The position numbers were made by a program, and so were the translations under genes. Positions 29,430 through 36,917 of a stretch of 36,917 nt of DNA are shown piece after piece. Below the pieces are notes generated by a model, which worked only from the letters and a program-made list of their open reading frames with translations, was not told the DNA's origin and did not search any database. The number at the start of each line of letters is the position of its first letter. Position 1 is the stretch's first letter. The DNA comes from Rhodomicrobium sp. Its GTDB lineage: Bacteria > Pseudomonadota > Alphaproteobacteria > Rhizobiales > Rhodomicrobiaceae. The DNA is taken from the NCBI GenBank assembly GCA_049697375.1, contig JBAVVQ010000017.1:1-36917 (forward strand), written 5' to 3'.

Positions 29430-30281
29430 CTATTTTTTTCGTCTCTTTCTTCGCTGCGCCTTCATGTTCCGTGCGGGAGTCGGTACGGAATTTTTATTCG
29501 TTGGCGGAGCGTTTGGCGCGGACGGATCTCGCTGCTGACCCGTGAGATCGAGGGGCGTCGCTCTGCTGCGATAGCTTGCAGAGCCTTTCGCCCAGATGTT
29601 GATAGACTCGACTGCGCCTGCGAACGCCATTGCGAAATAAATATATCCGCGCGGAATGTGAATCTCGAAGCCGTCTGAGACAAGGGCGACGCCGATCAAG
29701 ATCAAGAAGGACAAGCCGAGCATCTTCGTCGTGGGATGGCGCTTGATGAATGCTCCAACCGGCTCAGCCGCCGCGTACATGACGCCGATGGAGATACAGA
29801 TCGCGGCGACCATGATTTCAATGTCGCGCGCAAGCCCGACAGCCGTGATGATGGAATCGAGTGAGAAGACGAGATCCATGACGGCGATCTGAGATATGAC
29901 TGCGCCAAAGCTCGCCTTTGGACGGCCTGTGCTGGAGGCTTCTTCTCTGCCTTCTATTTCGCTATGAATTTCCTGTGTGGCTTTCACCATTAGAAAGAGG
30001 CCGCCGCCAATCAAGATCAGGTCGCGCCAGGAGAATTCTCGTCCCGCAGCGCTGAAGACGGGGTAGGTGAGATGGGTGATCCAGCTGATGGCCGACAAGA
30101 GGGCAAGGCGCAGGCCAAGCGCCAAGCCTAGGCCTATCGCTCTGGCGCGCCGCGCTTCTCTTTGAGGAAGGGCCTGTGTCAGGATGGACAGAACGACAAT
30201 GTTGTCAACGCCAAGCACGACCTCCAGGGTCGTCAGCGTGATGAGGCTCGCCCACGCGGCTGGATCGAAGAGTAATTCCAT
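29430..30281 (-). CDS. TerC family membrane protein
   Basis: LEVVLGVDNI, DLVFSLDSIITAVG, PRGYIYFAMAF, basic C-tail. Confidence 0.93.
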   Translation of the reverse strand: MELLFDPAAWASLITLTTLEVVLGVDNIVVLSILTQALPQREARRARAIGLGLALGLRLALLSAISWITHLTYPVFSAAGREFSWRDLILIGGGLFLMVKATQEIHSEIEGREEASSTGRPKASFGAVISQIAVMDLVFSLDSIITAVGLARDIEIMVAAICISIGVMYAAAEPVGAFIKRHPTTKMLGLSFLILIGVALVSDGFEIHIPRGYIYFAMAFAGAVESINIWAKGSASYRSRATPLDLTGQQRDPSAPNAPPTNKNSVPTPARNMKAQRRKRRKK

Positions 30282-30324
30282 GTAAAGCCCTGCCGCGATG
30301 CGGCCTTCATTTCCAGGAGATTTC

Positions 30325-31053
30325 TCACTTCACGGGATCAAAATGGCTGTCGCCTTCAGCCCTCGCGCTTACGCCGATTGCGATGACATAGATCGCCACT
30401 ACTGCAAATATAGCCTGCACGGTGGGAGTACCAGGAAAACCGCGAAGGATCGCACTGACAGCGGCCGCGCCCCAGGCCGAAACAAGGGCGAAGGTCACAA
30501 GCCGCAGCCGCTTCACCCGCAGTGGGTGAACCCAATAGAGCGGTATGAAAGTAAAGACAGCGCAGATTGTGATGATCAAGGCGGAAACGATAGCGTGGAG
30601 GTCAAGTACGAAGCAATAAAGCACGACGACATTCCAGATGGCGGGGAAGCCGACAAAATACCCATCGGCGGTCTTACTCTCGGTGTCGGAGAAGTGGTAA
30701 AGCGACACAAGCATGATAGTGGCCGCTAATGGCAGCCGCAGGCCTTCCGGCACAATTTCGGCGCGCGCAAGCATGAAGGCGGGCGCTGTAACATAAGTCA
30801 CGTAATCAACGAGGTGGTCGAGTTCTTCTCCGGAGAAACGAGGCAAAACACGCTTGACGTCCATCATGCGTGCGAGCGGACCGTCAACGCCATCCACGAT
30901 CAGGGCCGCGCCGAGCCATGCAAAGGAAGTTGTCCATTGGCCATCGCACGCGGATAGAAGCGAGAAAAGACCGAGGACACCACCAGTCGCGGTCAAAACA
31001 TGAACCGCTACCGCGCCAACCAGCCTGAGATGATCTCTTGAGCGCAAGCTCAT
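30325..31053 (-). CDS. pcs: Phosphatidylcholine synthase (CDP-alcohol phosphatidyltransferase)
   Basis: VHVLTATG, DGVDGPLAR...GEELDHLVDY, FVGFPAIWN, VHPLRV. Confidence 0.9.
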   Translation of the reverse strand: MSLRSRDHLRLVGAVAVHVLTATGGVLGLFSLLSACDGQWTTSFAWLGAALIVDGVDGPLARMMDVKRVLPRFSGEELDHLVDYVTYVTAPAFMLARAEIVPEGLRLPLAATIMLVSLYHFSDTESKTADGYFVGFPAIWNVVVLYCFVLDLHAIVSALIITICAVFTFIPLYWVHPLRVKRLRLVTFALVSAWGAAAVSAILRGFPGTPTVQAIFAVVAIYVIAIGVSARAEGDSHFDPVK

Positions 31054-31080
31054 CTAGCAGAACTCGCGCTGGGCTCCAGT

Positions 31081-31473
31081 TCAAAATTTGTGTGTCAAGG
31101 TGCCCTTGATCTGCATGTCACTTTCGGGCGCATGCTGATCGAGTTGAAGAGCTTCTGAGCCACTCTTGGGGCCGTATAAGAGCTCAAGGCCAAAATCAAG
31201 CTTCGGGAGGGTGCCGAGAGTCCCGAGCCCCGGAATTGTCACATCCGTCCCCTTGGATTTTCCGGCCGTCATAGGATCGCTAAGATCGAACTGAGGCGTC
31301 TGCCCGGAAATGCCAGGCTGGATGAATTGCGAGGGCGGATTAGCCTGCAAGCTTGCAGACGGAGGCGCTACAGGCTCCGTTGAAAACGCTGCGGCCGTCG
31401 TGATCTGCTGAGTAAGCAACAAGGCGATGCCGCACGCCAGTGCCGCCCCCTTCAACTTTCTCTGCCTGCCCAT
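31081..31473 (-). CDS. Small exported protein with a C-terminal beta-signal-like end
   Basis: Signal peptide, SD GGGAGAGA, KLDFGLELLY and MQIKGTLTHKF-COOH. Confidence 0.75.
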   Translation of the reverse strand: MGRQRKLKGAALACGIALLLTQQITTAAAFSTEPVAPPSASLQANPPSQFIQPGISGQTPQFDLSDPMTAGKSKGTDVTIPGLGTLGTLPKLDFGLELLYGPKSGSEALQLDQHAPESDMQIKGTLTHKF

Positions 31474-31625
31474 GACTCTCTCCCGCCTAACGCCCCTAAG
31501 ATGATTGTGAACCTCTCTGAATGCAAGTTTGTTGATTCATGGCTTAAGTGCTTTAGATTTCTGATGTTTTTTACAGGGTCTTGTGAATCCGTTGCGGAAA
31601 GGCATCAGTGTGGAGAACGCTCGCC

Positions 31626-31979
31626 TTATTTTGGTCTTGAACGCCCGTCGCTAGAGACGGTTTGATCGCGCAGCCAATTAAGGTAAGAGGCCGCCACTCG
31701 CCGAGGCTCGAATACGATAAGGGCAGGAACGGTGTACGGGTGCTTTGCCGCCAACGCTTCGAGCACTTGAGGCTCGAGTTCCTTTCTTGTCTTGACGAGC
31801 ATTGCAACCTCGCTTCCCTTCTCGACGGCGTCTTCCCACCGGTAGATAGAAACCATACCCGGAACGATATTGACACAGGCGGCAAGTTTCTCCTCAACGA
31901 GTTCCACCCCCACTTTCTCAGCATCCTTTTCGGTCGGGAATGTGGTATATAAAATTATCATCTCGGCGCCCTGGTGCAT
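31626..31979 (-). CDS. cutA: Divalent-cation tolerance protein CutA
   Basis: [24 protein letters not shown]. Confidence 0.95.
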   Translation of the reverse strand: MHQGAEMIILYTTFPTEKDAEKVGVELVEEKLAACVNIVPGMVSIYRWEDAVEKGSEVAMLVKTRKELEPQVLEALAAKHPYTVPALIVFEPRRVAASYLNWLRDQTVSSDGRSRPK

Positions 31980-32048
31980 GATTTCCCTTCGAATGCGCTG
32001 TATCTGCGCTCTGTCCGATTTTCCGGACGTCCAAGCTCAGGAGTTACC

Positions 32049-32858
32049 ATGGCCGAGGTGAGCCCGGCTCATACTCAGACGGCCGTCTTCGCTGATAAGG
32101 TTCGTCTTGGCTTCGTTGCAAGCCCCGCGCCTGAAGCGCAGGCGGCATTGAAGCGGCTGTCAAAGCGCTATGGGGCGACCGACCCCGCCTCCGCCAGCGT
32201 GATCATCGCGTTGGGCGGCGACGGGCTCATGTTGCAGACGCTCCATCGCTTCATGTGGACCGAGGTTCCCATCTACGGCATGCATCGGGGCTCAGTCGGG
32301 TTCCTTATGAATGAATATAGAGAGGACGACCTCATCGAGCGCGTGTCCACTGCGAAGCTGAGTATCATTCATCCGCTGAAAATGCAGGCGGAGAATGTGG
32401 CCGGTGAGCAGCTGAACGCGCTTGCGGTCAACGAGGTGCATCTCTTCCGCCAGACGGCGCAAAGCGCGCGGCTGGCAGTCACCGTTGATGGGAAAGAGCG
32501 GCTCACCGAACTCATTTGCGACGGCGTCCTTGTCTCGACGCCGGCAGGCAGCACCGCCTATAACCTGTCGGTGGGGGGGCCAATTTTGCCCCTGAAGGCG
32601 CGCCTCCTTGCCCTGACGCCGATAAGCCCGTTCCGCCCAAGGCGCTGGCGCGGAGCGCTCCTCTCGAACAAGGCGCAGGTCAGGATTTCTGTTCTGGAAG
32701 CTGAAAAGCGCCCGGTCAGCGCCGTCGCCGATCATGCCGAGTTCCGGGACGTGCTCAAGGTCCTTGTTCGCGAGGAACGGAGCATCGGCCTTAAGCTTCT
32801 CTTCGATCCAGGTCACGCCCTGGAAGAGCGCATCCTCGCAGAGCAGTTTCGTTTTTAG
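32049..32858 (+). CDS. nadK: NAD kinase
   Basis: [39 protein letters not shown] before ATG 32049. Confidence 0.96.
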   Translation: MAEVSPAHTQTAVFADKVRLGFVASPAPEAQAALKRLSKRYGATDPASASVIIALGGDGLMLQTLHRFMWTEVPIYGMHRGSVGFLMNEYREDDLIERVSTAKLSIIHPLKMQAENVAGEQLNALAVNEVHLFRQTAQSARLAVTVDGKERLTELICDGVLVSTPAGSTAYNLSVGGPILPLKARLLALTPISPFRPRRWRGALLSNKAQVRISVLEAEKRPVSAVADHAEFRDVLKVLVREERSIGLKLLFDPGHALEERILAEQFRF

Positions 32859-32930
32859 CCCCGTGGTTGACCGGACGGCCCGGCGCCCCTTAAATCCAGC
32901 TAGGTTTCAGGACCGCAAAGGCCGACGAAA

Positions 32931-34760
32931 ATGCCGATAGTCATTGCAGCCATTCTGGTCTCATTCACTTTGTGCAGCTTCGCATCCACGTGCCAGGCCG
33001 AGCAGGGCCGTACCGTCGTAATCCTGGACGCGACCGCGCAAATGGCCGCGAATCTGGGCCAGAAGCGAAAGTTCGACTGGGCGAAATCCGGCATTAGCGG
33101 CGCCGCGAGCCGGATGGAACCGGGCGGCTCCTTCACGCTCTGGGCTTTCGGCACGCTTCCAGAGAAAAAATGCGAAGATATCAGCGAGCTGGTTCCGCTG
33201 CAGGCCGCCGGCGGCAGCCTGCGCACGTTGGACAAGGCGCTGGGCGCGCTTCAGCCGAAAGCGGCGCGGGCCCCGGCAATGGATGCCTTGCAGGCGGCGC
33301 TCAAGTCGGTCGGCCCAGCCGACGGAAAGCCGGTCTCCGCTGTTCTTGTCGCCGGAACAGGGGACGATTGTATTGGCGACATTTGTGGCGCAGCAGGACG
33401 GCTTCATGGTCTTTACCCTCATGCGAAGCTGACGGTTCTTGGCATGAGCATGAGCGAGCAGGCGTCTGCGAACTTCACCTGCGCGGCGAAAGCGATGGGT
33501 GGCGCATTTATAGGCGTGAAGTCCGGGGCCGATCTCGAACGCCACCTTCGGGAGGCGTTTGGTACTGCGCAAGCGGCCGCGCAGCCAAAGGCGGCGGCGG
33601 TAACACCCGCGAATGCCGGTAGTGTGGAAACTGCAGTCAATCCGCCCGAGGCGCCTGCAGCAGCCCCGGCGGCGCCTCCCGCGGATCAGCCCGCGGAGAA
33701 GGATCAACCTGCGGAGAAGGAGGTAGAAGTGGCCCCGCCTCCGCAACCCGAATCAAACGTCGTGCTTTCAGCTTCTCTCGTATCGGGCATGCCGCCGCTC
33801 GAGGCGGGTGTCACCTGGGAGATTTACAAAATCCAGATTACGCCCACGGGACAGGTTCGGACCGCCGAGGCGCCCCTTTGGGTTGGCGGCGGAGGGCTGG
33901 CCAAAGCGAAACTGCCCGAGGGCCGGTATGGCGTGAAGGTGGCCTATGGCCTCGCAACGGGCAGCGGAGAATTCACGCTTGGCGCTGAAAAGGTCGAAAA
34001 GACGATCGCCCTCGCTGCCGGCACTATCGTAGCCGAGGCGCAGCAGGCGCCCAACGGGCCGCCTGTTGGAGATGCATTTTTCATCGTCTCGAAGCCGAAG
34101 ACGCAGGCTCGCGAGGAACTCGGGCGCTCAAGCGGGGCTCCCGCGCTGTTTCATCTCAATGAAGGAGATTATGTCCTGTCTGCTTTTGCGGGCGCTGCCA
34201 CGCTTGACGCTTCCGTAAAGGTCGTCGCCGGCAAGGTTTCAATAGTCCGGATGCCGCTGAGTGTCGGCGCCCTTGAGATCAAGACCTTCGCTAAAGAGGA
34301 TTCGCCCGAACACGTAGCAGCATGGCATCGGCTTTCTCCGGCTGCCTCGGACTCGAAGAACGCCGCGCTCCCTGCGCTTAGGCTCTCCGGATACTCCAAC
34401 AAGTTGCAGCTCCCCGCAGGCAGCTATCGCCTGGAATCGATCTACGGCAGTGCGCGCGTGGAAAGCATCGTCACCGTGAAGGCCGGACAGCTGACATCGC
34501 AAAATGTCATCCTGAATGCGGGGGAGGCGCAGCTAAGTCTCCCATCCGGCAAAAGCGATAAGGTTTGCGCTGTCTACGAAGCCGGAGCGGATCGCAAGGC
34601 TGGCCCGGTTGCGCGCGCCGCAGGCTCCGACATCCGCTTTATCCTCAAGGCTGGGCGCTACGATGTGGAATGCAGGGGAAAAGGCGAAAGCACGCCGGCC
34701 AAGCAGACTGAGATCAGTGTGGTTGCCGGCCAGGTCCTGTCGGCGAAAATTCAGGAGTAG
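32931..34760 (+). CDS. Exported vWA-domain protein (degenerate MIDAS) with a Pro/Ala linker and four beta-sandwich repeats
   Basis: Signal peptide, VVILDATAQM, KCEDI, DDCIGDIC, FTCAAKAMGG, four L-x-x-G-x-Y repeats. Confidence 0.8.
   Translation: MPIVIAAILVSFTLCSFASTCQAEQGRTVVILDATAQMAANLGQKRKFDWAKSGISGAASRMEPGGSFTLWAFGTLPEKKCEDISELVPLQAAGGSLRTLDKALGALQPKAARAPAMDALQAALKSVGPADGKPVSAVLVAGTGDDCIGDICGAAGRLHGLYPHAKLTVLGMSMSEQASANFTCAAKAMGGAFIGVKSGADLERHLREAFGTAQAAAQPKAAAVTPANAGSVETAVNPPEAPAAAPAAPPADQPAEKDQPAEKEVEVAPPPQPESNVVLSASLVSGMPPLEAGVTWEIYKIQITPTGQVRTAEAPLWVGGGGLAKAKLPEGRYGVKVAYGLATGSGEFTLGAEKVEKTIALAAGTIVAEAQQAPNGPPVGDAFFIVSKPKTQAREELGRSSGAPALFHLNEGDYVLSAFAGAATLDASVKVVAGKVSIVRMPLSVGALEIKTFAKEDSPEHVAAWHRLSPAASDSKNAALPALRLSGYSNKLQLPAGSYRLESIYGSARVESIVTVKAGQLTSQNVILNAGEAQLSLPSGKSDKVCAVYEAGADRKAGPVARAAGSDIRFILKAGRYDVECRGKGESTPAKQTEISVVAGQVLSAKIQE
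33684..33719 (+). repeat. 18-bp in-frame tandem duplication (DQPAEK x2) in the linker
   Basis: GATCAGCCCGCGGAGAAG / GATCAACCTGCGGAGAAG. Confidence 0.85.
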
Positions 34761-34849
34761 GAGGAGACTTCGCCTCATTTTAATCGAAGCCCTTTTCTAC
34801 ATTGCCCCTCGGCTGGTGACCTAGACTCGTTTCGCCTTGGGGGACATAG

Positions 34850-35848
34850 ATGCGCGGAGTAAGGTTGGCGCTCCTTGTTCGCGCTGTTTTTCTCGGGGCC
34901 GCGCTTTCCTGTTGGGCGGCAGAGCATCCCGTGACCACGGCCCAGGCAGGATCGAAGTCGATCAAGGAGGAAATACCCGCCGACGGCGAGGACATTCCTG
35001 TCGAGGGCGATGGCGCAGGCATCCCTGTCGAGCCAGGCGCGGAAGAGCAAGCTCAAGCGAGGCCCGTTCCACCAAGCTCGGGTTCTCCGGCTCCGGTCAC
35101 CTTCACCGCGTATCTGAGTGAAGGCAGCGCGCCAATGACCTCCGGCATTGTATGGCGCATTTTTGCCGGGCGCGCAGAGAACGACGGAAACTACAAGCTT
35201 CTCAAGACGTTGCGCGATGCGAGACCGATGATCGAACTGAAGCCCGGCGAGTATCTCGTCAACATCGCTTACGGCCGCGCGAACCTGACGAGGAAAATTG
35301 GAGTTTGGCCGGAAAAACCCGCCAATGAAGACTTTGTCGTGAACGCAGGCGGCCTCCGGCTCACGGCGACACTCGCGCGTACGCCCATCACTCAGGAGCA
35401 CCTTCTGAAATTCGAAATCTTCTCCGATACGCAAGATCAGTCCGGGAACCGGCAAAAAATCCTGGCGGATCTGCGGCCCGGCGTTGTTATGCGCTTGAAC
35501 AGCGGCGTGTATCACATCGTGAGCACCTATGGAGATGCGAATTCGTCGATCGCGACCGATGTTGTCATCGAGCCGGGCAAGATCACGGAGGCAGGGATTG
35601 ATCACGATGCCGGAAAAGTGACGTTCAAGCTCGTTCAGCGATCTGGAGGAGAAGCCGTCGCGGATACAAGATGGACCATCTATAACGCGGGTGGAGACGT
35701 GATCAAGGAAAGTGCGGGCGCTTTTCCGACACACATCCTCGCCGCAGGAGATTACAGGGTCGCCGCGCAGCACGGCGAGCGGCAGTTCGCCGGCGCTTTC
35801 ACCGTCGCCTCTGGAGATAGCAAACTCGTCGAAGTTCTTATGCAGTAG
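34850..35848 (+). CDS. Exported protein of three beta-sandwich repeats
   Basis: Signal peptide, acidic/Pro linker, LKPGEYLV, LNSGVYHI, LAAGDYRV. Confidence 0.8.
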   Translation: MRGVRLALLVRAVFLGAALSCWAAEHPVTTAQAGSKSIKEEIPADGEDIPVEGDGAGIPVEPGAEEQAQARPVPPSSGSPAPVTFTAYLSEGSAPMTSGIVWRIFAGRAENDGNYKLLKTLRDARPMIELKPGEYLVNIAYGRANLTRKIGVWPEKPANEDFVVNAGGLRLTATLARTPITQEHLLKFEIFSDTQDQSGNRQKILADLRPGVVMRLNSGVYHIVSTYGDANSSIATDVVIEPGKITEAGIDHDAGKVTFKLVQRSGGEAVADTRWTIYNAGGDVIKESAGAFPTHILAAGDYRVAAQHGERQFAGAFTVASGDSKLVEVLMQ

Positions 35849-35854
35849 CTCACG

Positions 35855-36577
35855 CTAATCGACTTCGTCCCTGAACTGGCTGATGACGAAAATACAAAGG
35901 CATATGCTGCAGATCAGGTACACCATTATGGTTGCCGACCAGGCCAAGTATCGCTCGGAAATTCCGTTTTCATAGGCTGGTACGGTGAGGAGGGTCTGCT
36001 CCAGATTTTGGGTGGAAGCAACCGTCAGGTAATGGCTTGCTGTAAGGCAAAGCCCCAGAAAAATGGCGCCGGCGACTGTGAGAAGGACGCCCCGGCGCCG
36101 GAAGAGGAACCAGAGCACGATACCCGCAACCTGCGCAGATACCCCGATGCTGACAAGAGCGAGAAACCAAGAAAAAGATAGGCCGCGGCCTGCGATGGCT
36201 GCGATGCCGAAATAATTCGTTGCGGCGATGGTCGCGCCGAAAACAGCCGCTGCTATAGGAAGACGGGAAGGATAGGCGCTTCTGCGCCCGCCGACGAGGA
36301 GAAGCGCAGCCGTGGTCCCCGCAAAAGCTATCGCGGCCGAAGACGCAAGCAGTATGGGATTGTAAGCAAGATTTAGAGGGACTTCCAGAGAGAGCAGCCC
36401 CACGAATTGCATCACCCAAAGAGATCCGCCGAGGGACACCGATGCCATAAGCAGCCGCCCCCGTCTTTCTCCCCGGCTCAGCGAGCCGAGATTCGACATC
36501 ATGACACAAGCCGTGAAAGCCCCAAGGATTGCGATTGTCGTCGAGAGGATCACAAAGCCGGGGTCGTGAGCGATCAT
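35855..36577 (-). CDS. Stand-alone MHYT-domain membrane protein with degenerate motifs
   Basis: HDPGFVILS..IAILGAF, GGSLWVMQFVG, IAATNYFG, ASHYL. About 7 TM segments and no output domain. Confidence 0.8.
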   Translation of the reverse strand: MIAHDPGFVILSTTIAILGAFTACVMMSNLGSLSRGERRGRLLMASVSLGGSLWVMQFVGLLSLEVPLNLAYNPILLASSAAIAFAGTTAALLLVGGRRSAYPSRLPIAAAVFGATIAATNYFGIAAIAGRGLSFSWFLALVSIGVSAQVAGIVLWFLFRRRGVLLTVAGAIFLGLCLTASHYLTVASTQNLEQTLLTVPAYENGISERYLAWSATIMVYLICSICLCIFVISQFRDEVD

Positions 36578-36608
36578 GAGGCGAGCGGCTCGGTTTTAAC
36601 TTGCTTCA

Positions 36609-36627
36609 GGCTGCAAAAAATGCAGCC
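36609..36627. promoter_or_regulatory. Perfect inverted repeat upstream of the MHYT gene
   Basis: GGCTGCA-AAAAA-TGCAGCC. Confidence 0.35.
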
Positions 36628-36692
36628 GGCATCACCTTAGCCATGCCACGATAACCCAATTGTGGCCAAACGCCTTTTTTCTGTCATACAGA

Positions 36693-36917
36693 TCAGAATC
36701 GCGGGCTTGTCGGAATGACCGAGGAGGGGCTCAGGCTTGCCGATCCGACCGGAGAAGTATCATCGCGCCCTTGCGGCCAAGCGATGTCGCCGCGAAGCCA
36801 CGACACCAAAAGCCCCACCCATTCCTTTGCGGCCATATCCAGCCGCCGCAATCCGTCGGAGGGTTTGTCGAAAATCCGCCAGAGATCCTGGGGGCCGGCG
36901 GTGCGAAAATCGCCCGG
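36693..36917 (-). CDS. 3' end of a YdcF/ElyC (DUF218) family gene, truncated by the window edge
   Basis: Manual translation: PGDFRTAGPQDLWRIFDKPSDGLRRLDMAAKEWVGLLVSWLRG...PRF*, TGA at 36695-36693. Confidence 0.8.
   Translation of the reverse strand, partial: PGDFRTAGPQDLWRIFDKPSDGLRRLDMAAKEWVGLLVSWLRGDIAWPQGRDDTSPVGSASLSPSSVIPTSPRF

Noticed and set aside
33684..33719. DQPAEK duplication as a functional repeat array
   Set aside because: Only two copies in a low-complexity linker
34775..35773. 332-aa minus-strand ORF
   Set aside because: In-register shadow of the plus-strand repeat protein, which has the signal peptide and repeats

Overview
GC-rich alphaproteobacterial chromosomal segment. 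A Hyphomicrobiales (Rhodomicrobium/Hyphomicrobium-like) origin is an inference from gene content and regulatory motifs. The window is mostly housekeeping: gst-MBL hydrolase-lrp(decR-like)-proB-proA-nadD (-), a PleC/DivJ-type histidine kinase, apt, trmJ, tpiA-hyp-secG-pyrG-kdsA (-), ppiD-trpE-sixA-trpG-trpD-trpC-moaC-moeA-lexA-phaC (+), terC, pcs, cutA, NAD kinase and a partial YdcF/ElyC gene. I saw no rRNA, tRNA, CRISPR array, transposase or phage gene, and I cannot support a complete new multi-gene system. Best leads: (i) an unannotated 37-aa gene behind a perfect sigma-EcfG promoter whose lipobox Cys position is Tyr; (ii) three intact envelope proteins lacking their family's functional residues (alpha/beta-hydrolase without Ser/His, vWA without MIDAS plus a partner built of the same repeats, stand-alone MHYT lacking two His); (iii) a motif-dense ~870-bp intergenic region with CtrA, IHF, sigma54 and sigma70 elements and a candidate sRNA; (iv) a small protein with a single beta-hairpin and a beta-signal; (v) a clan GH-A-like protein with an inserted discoidin domain. 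Family calls come from motif recognition by eye, not database searches.
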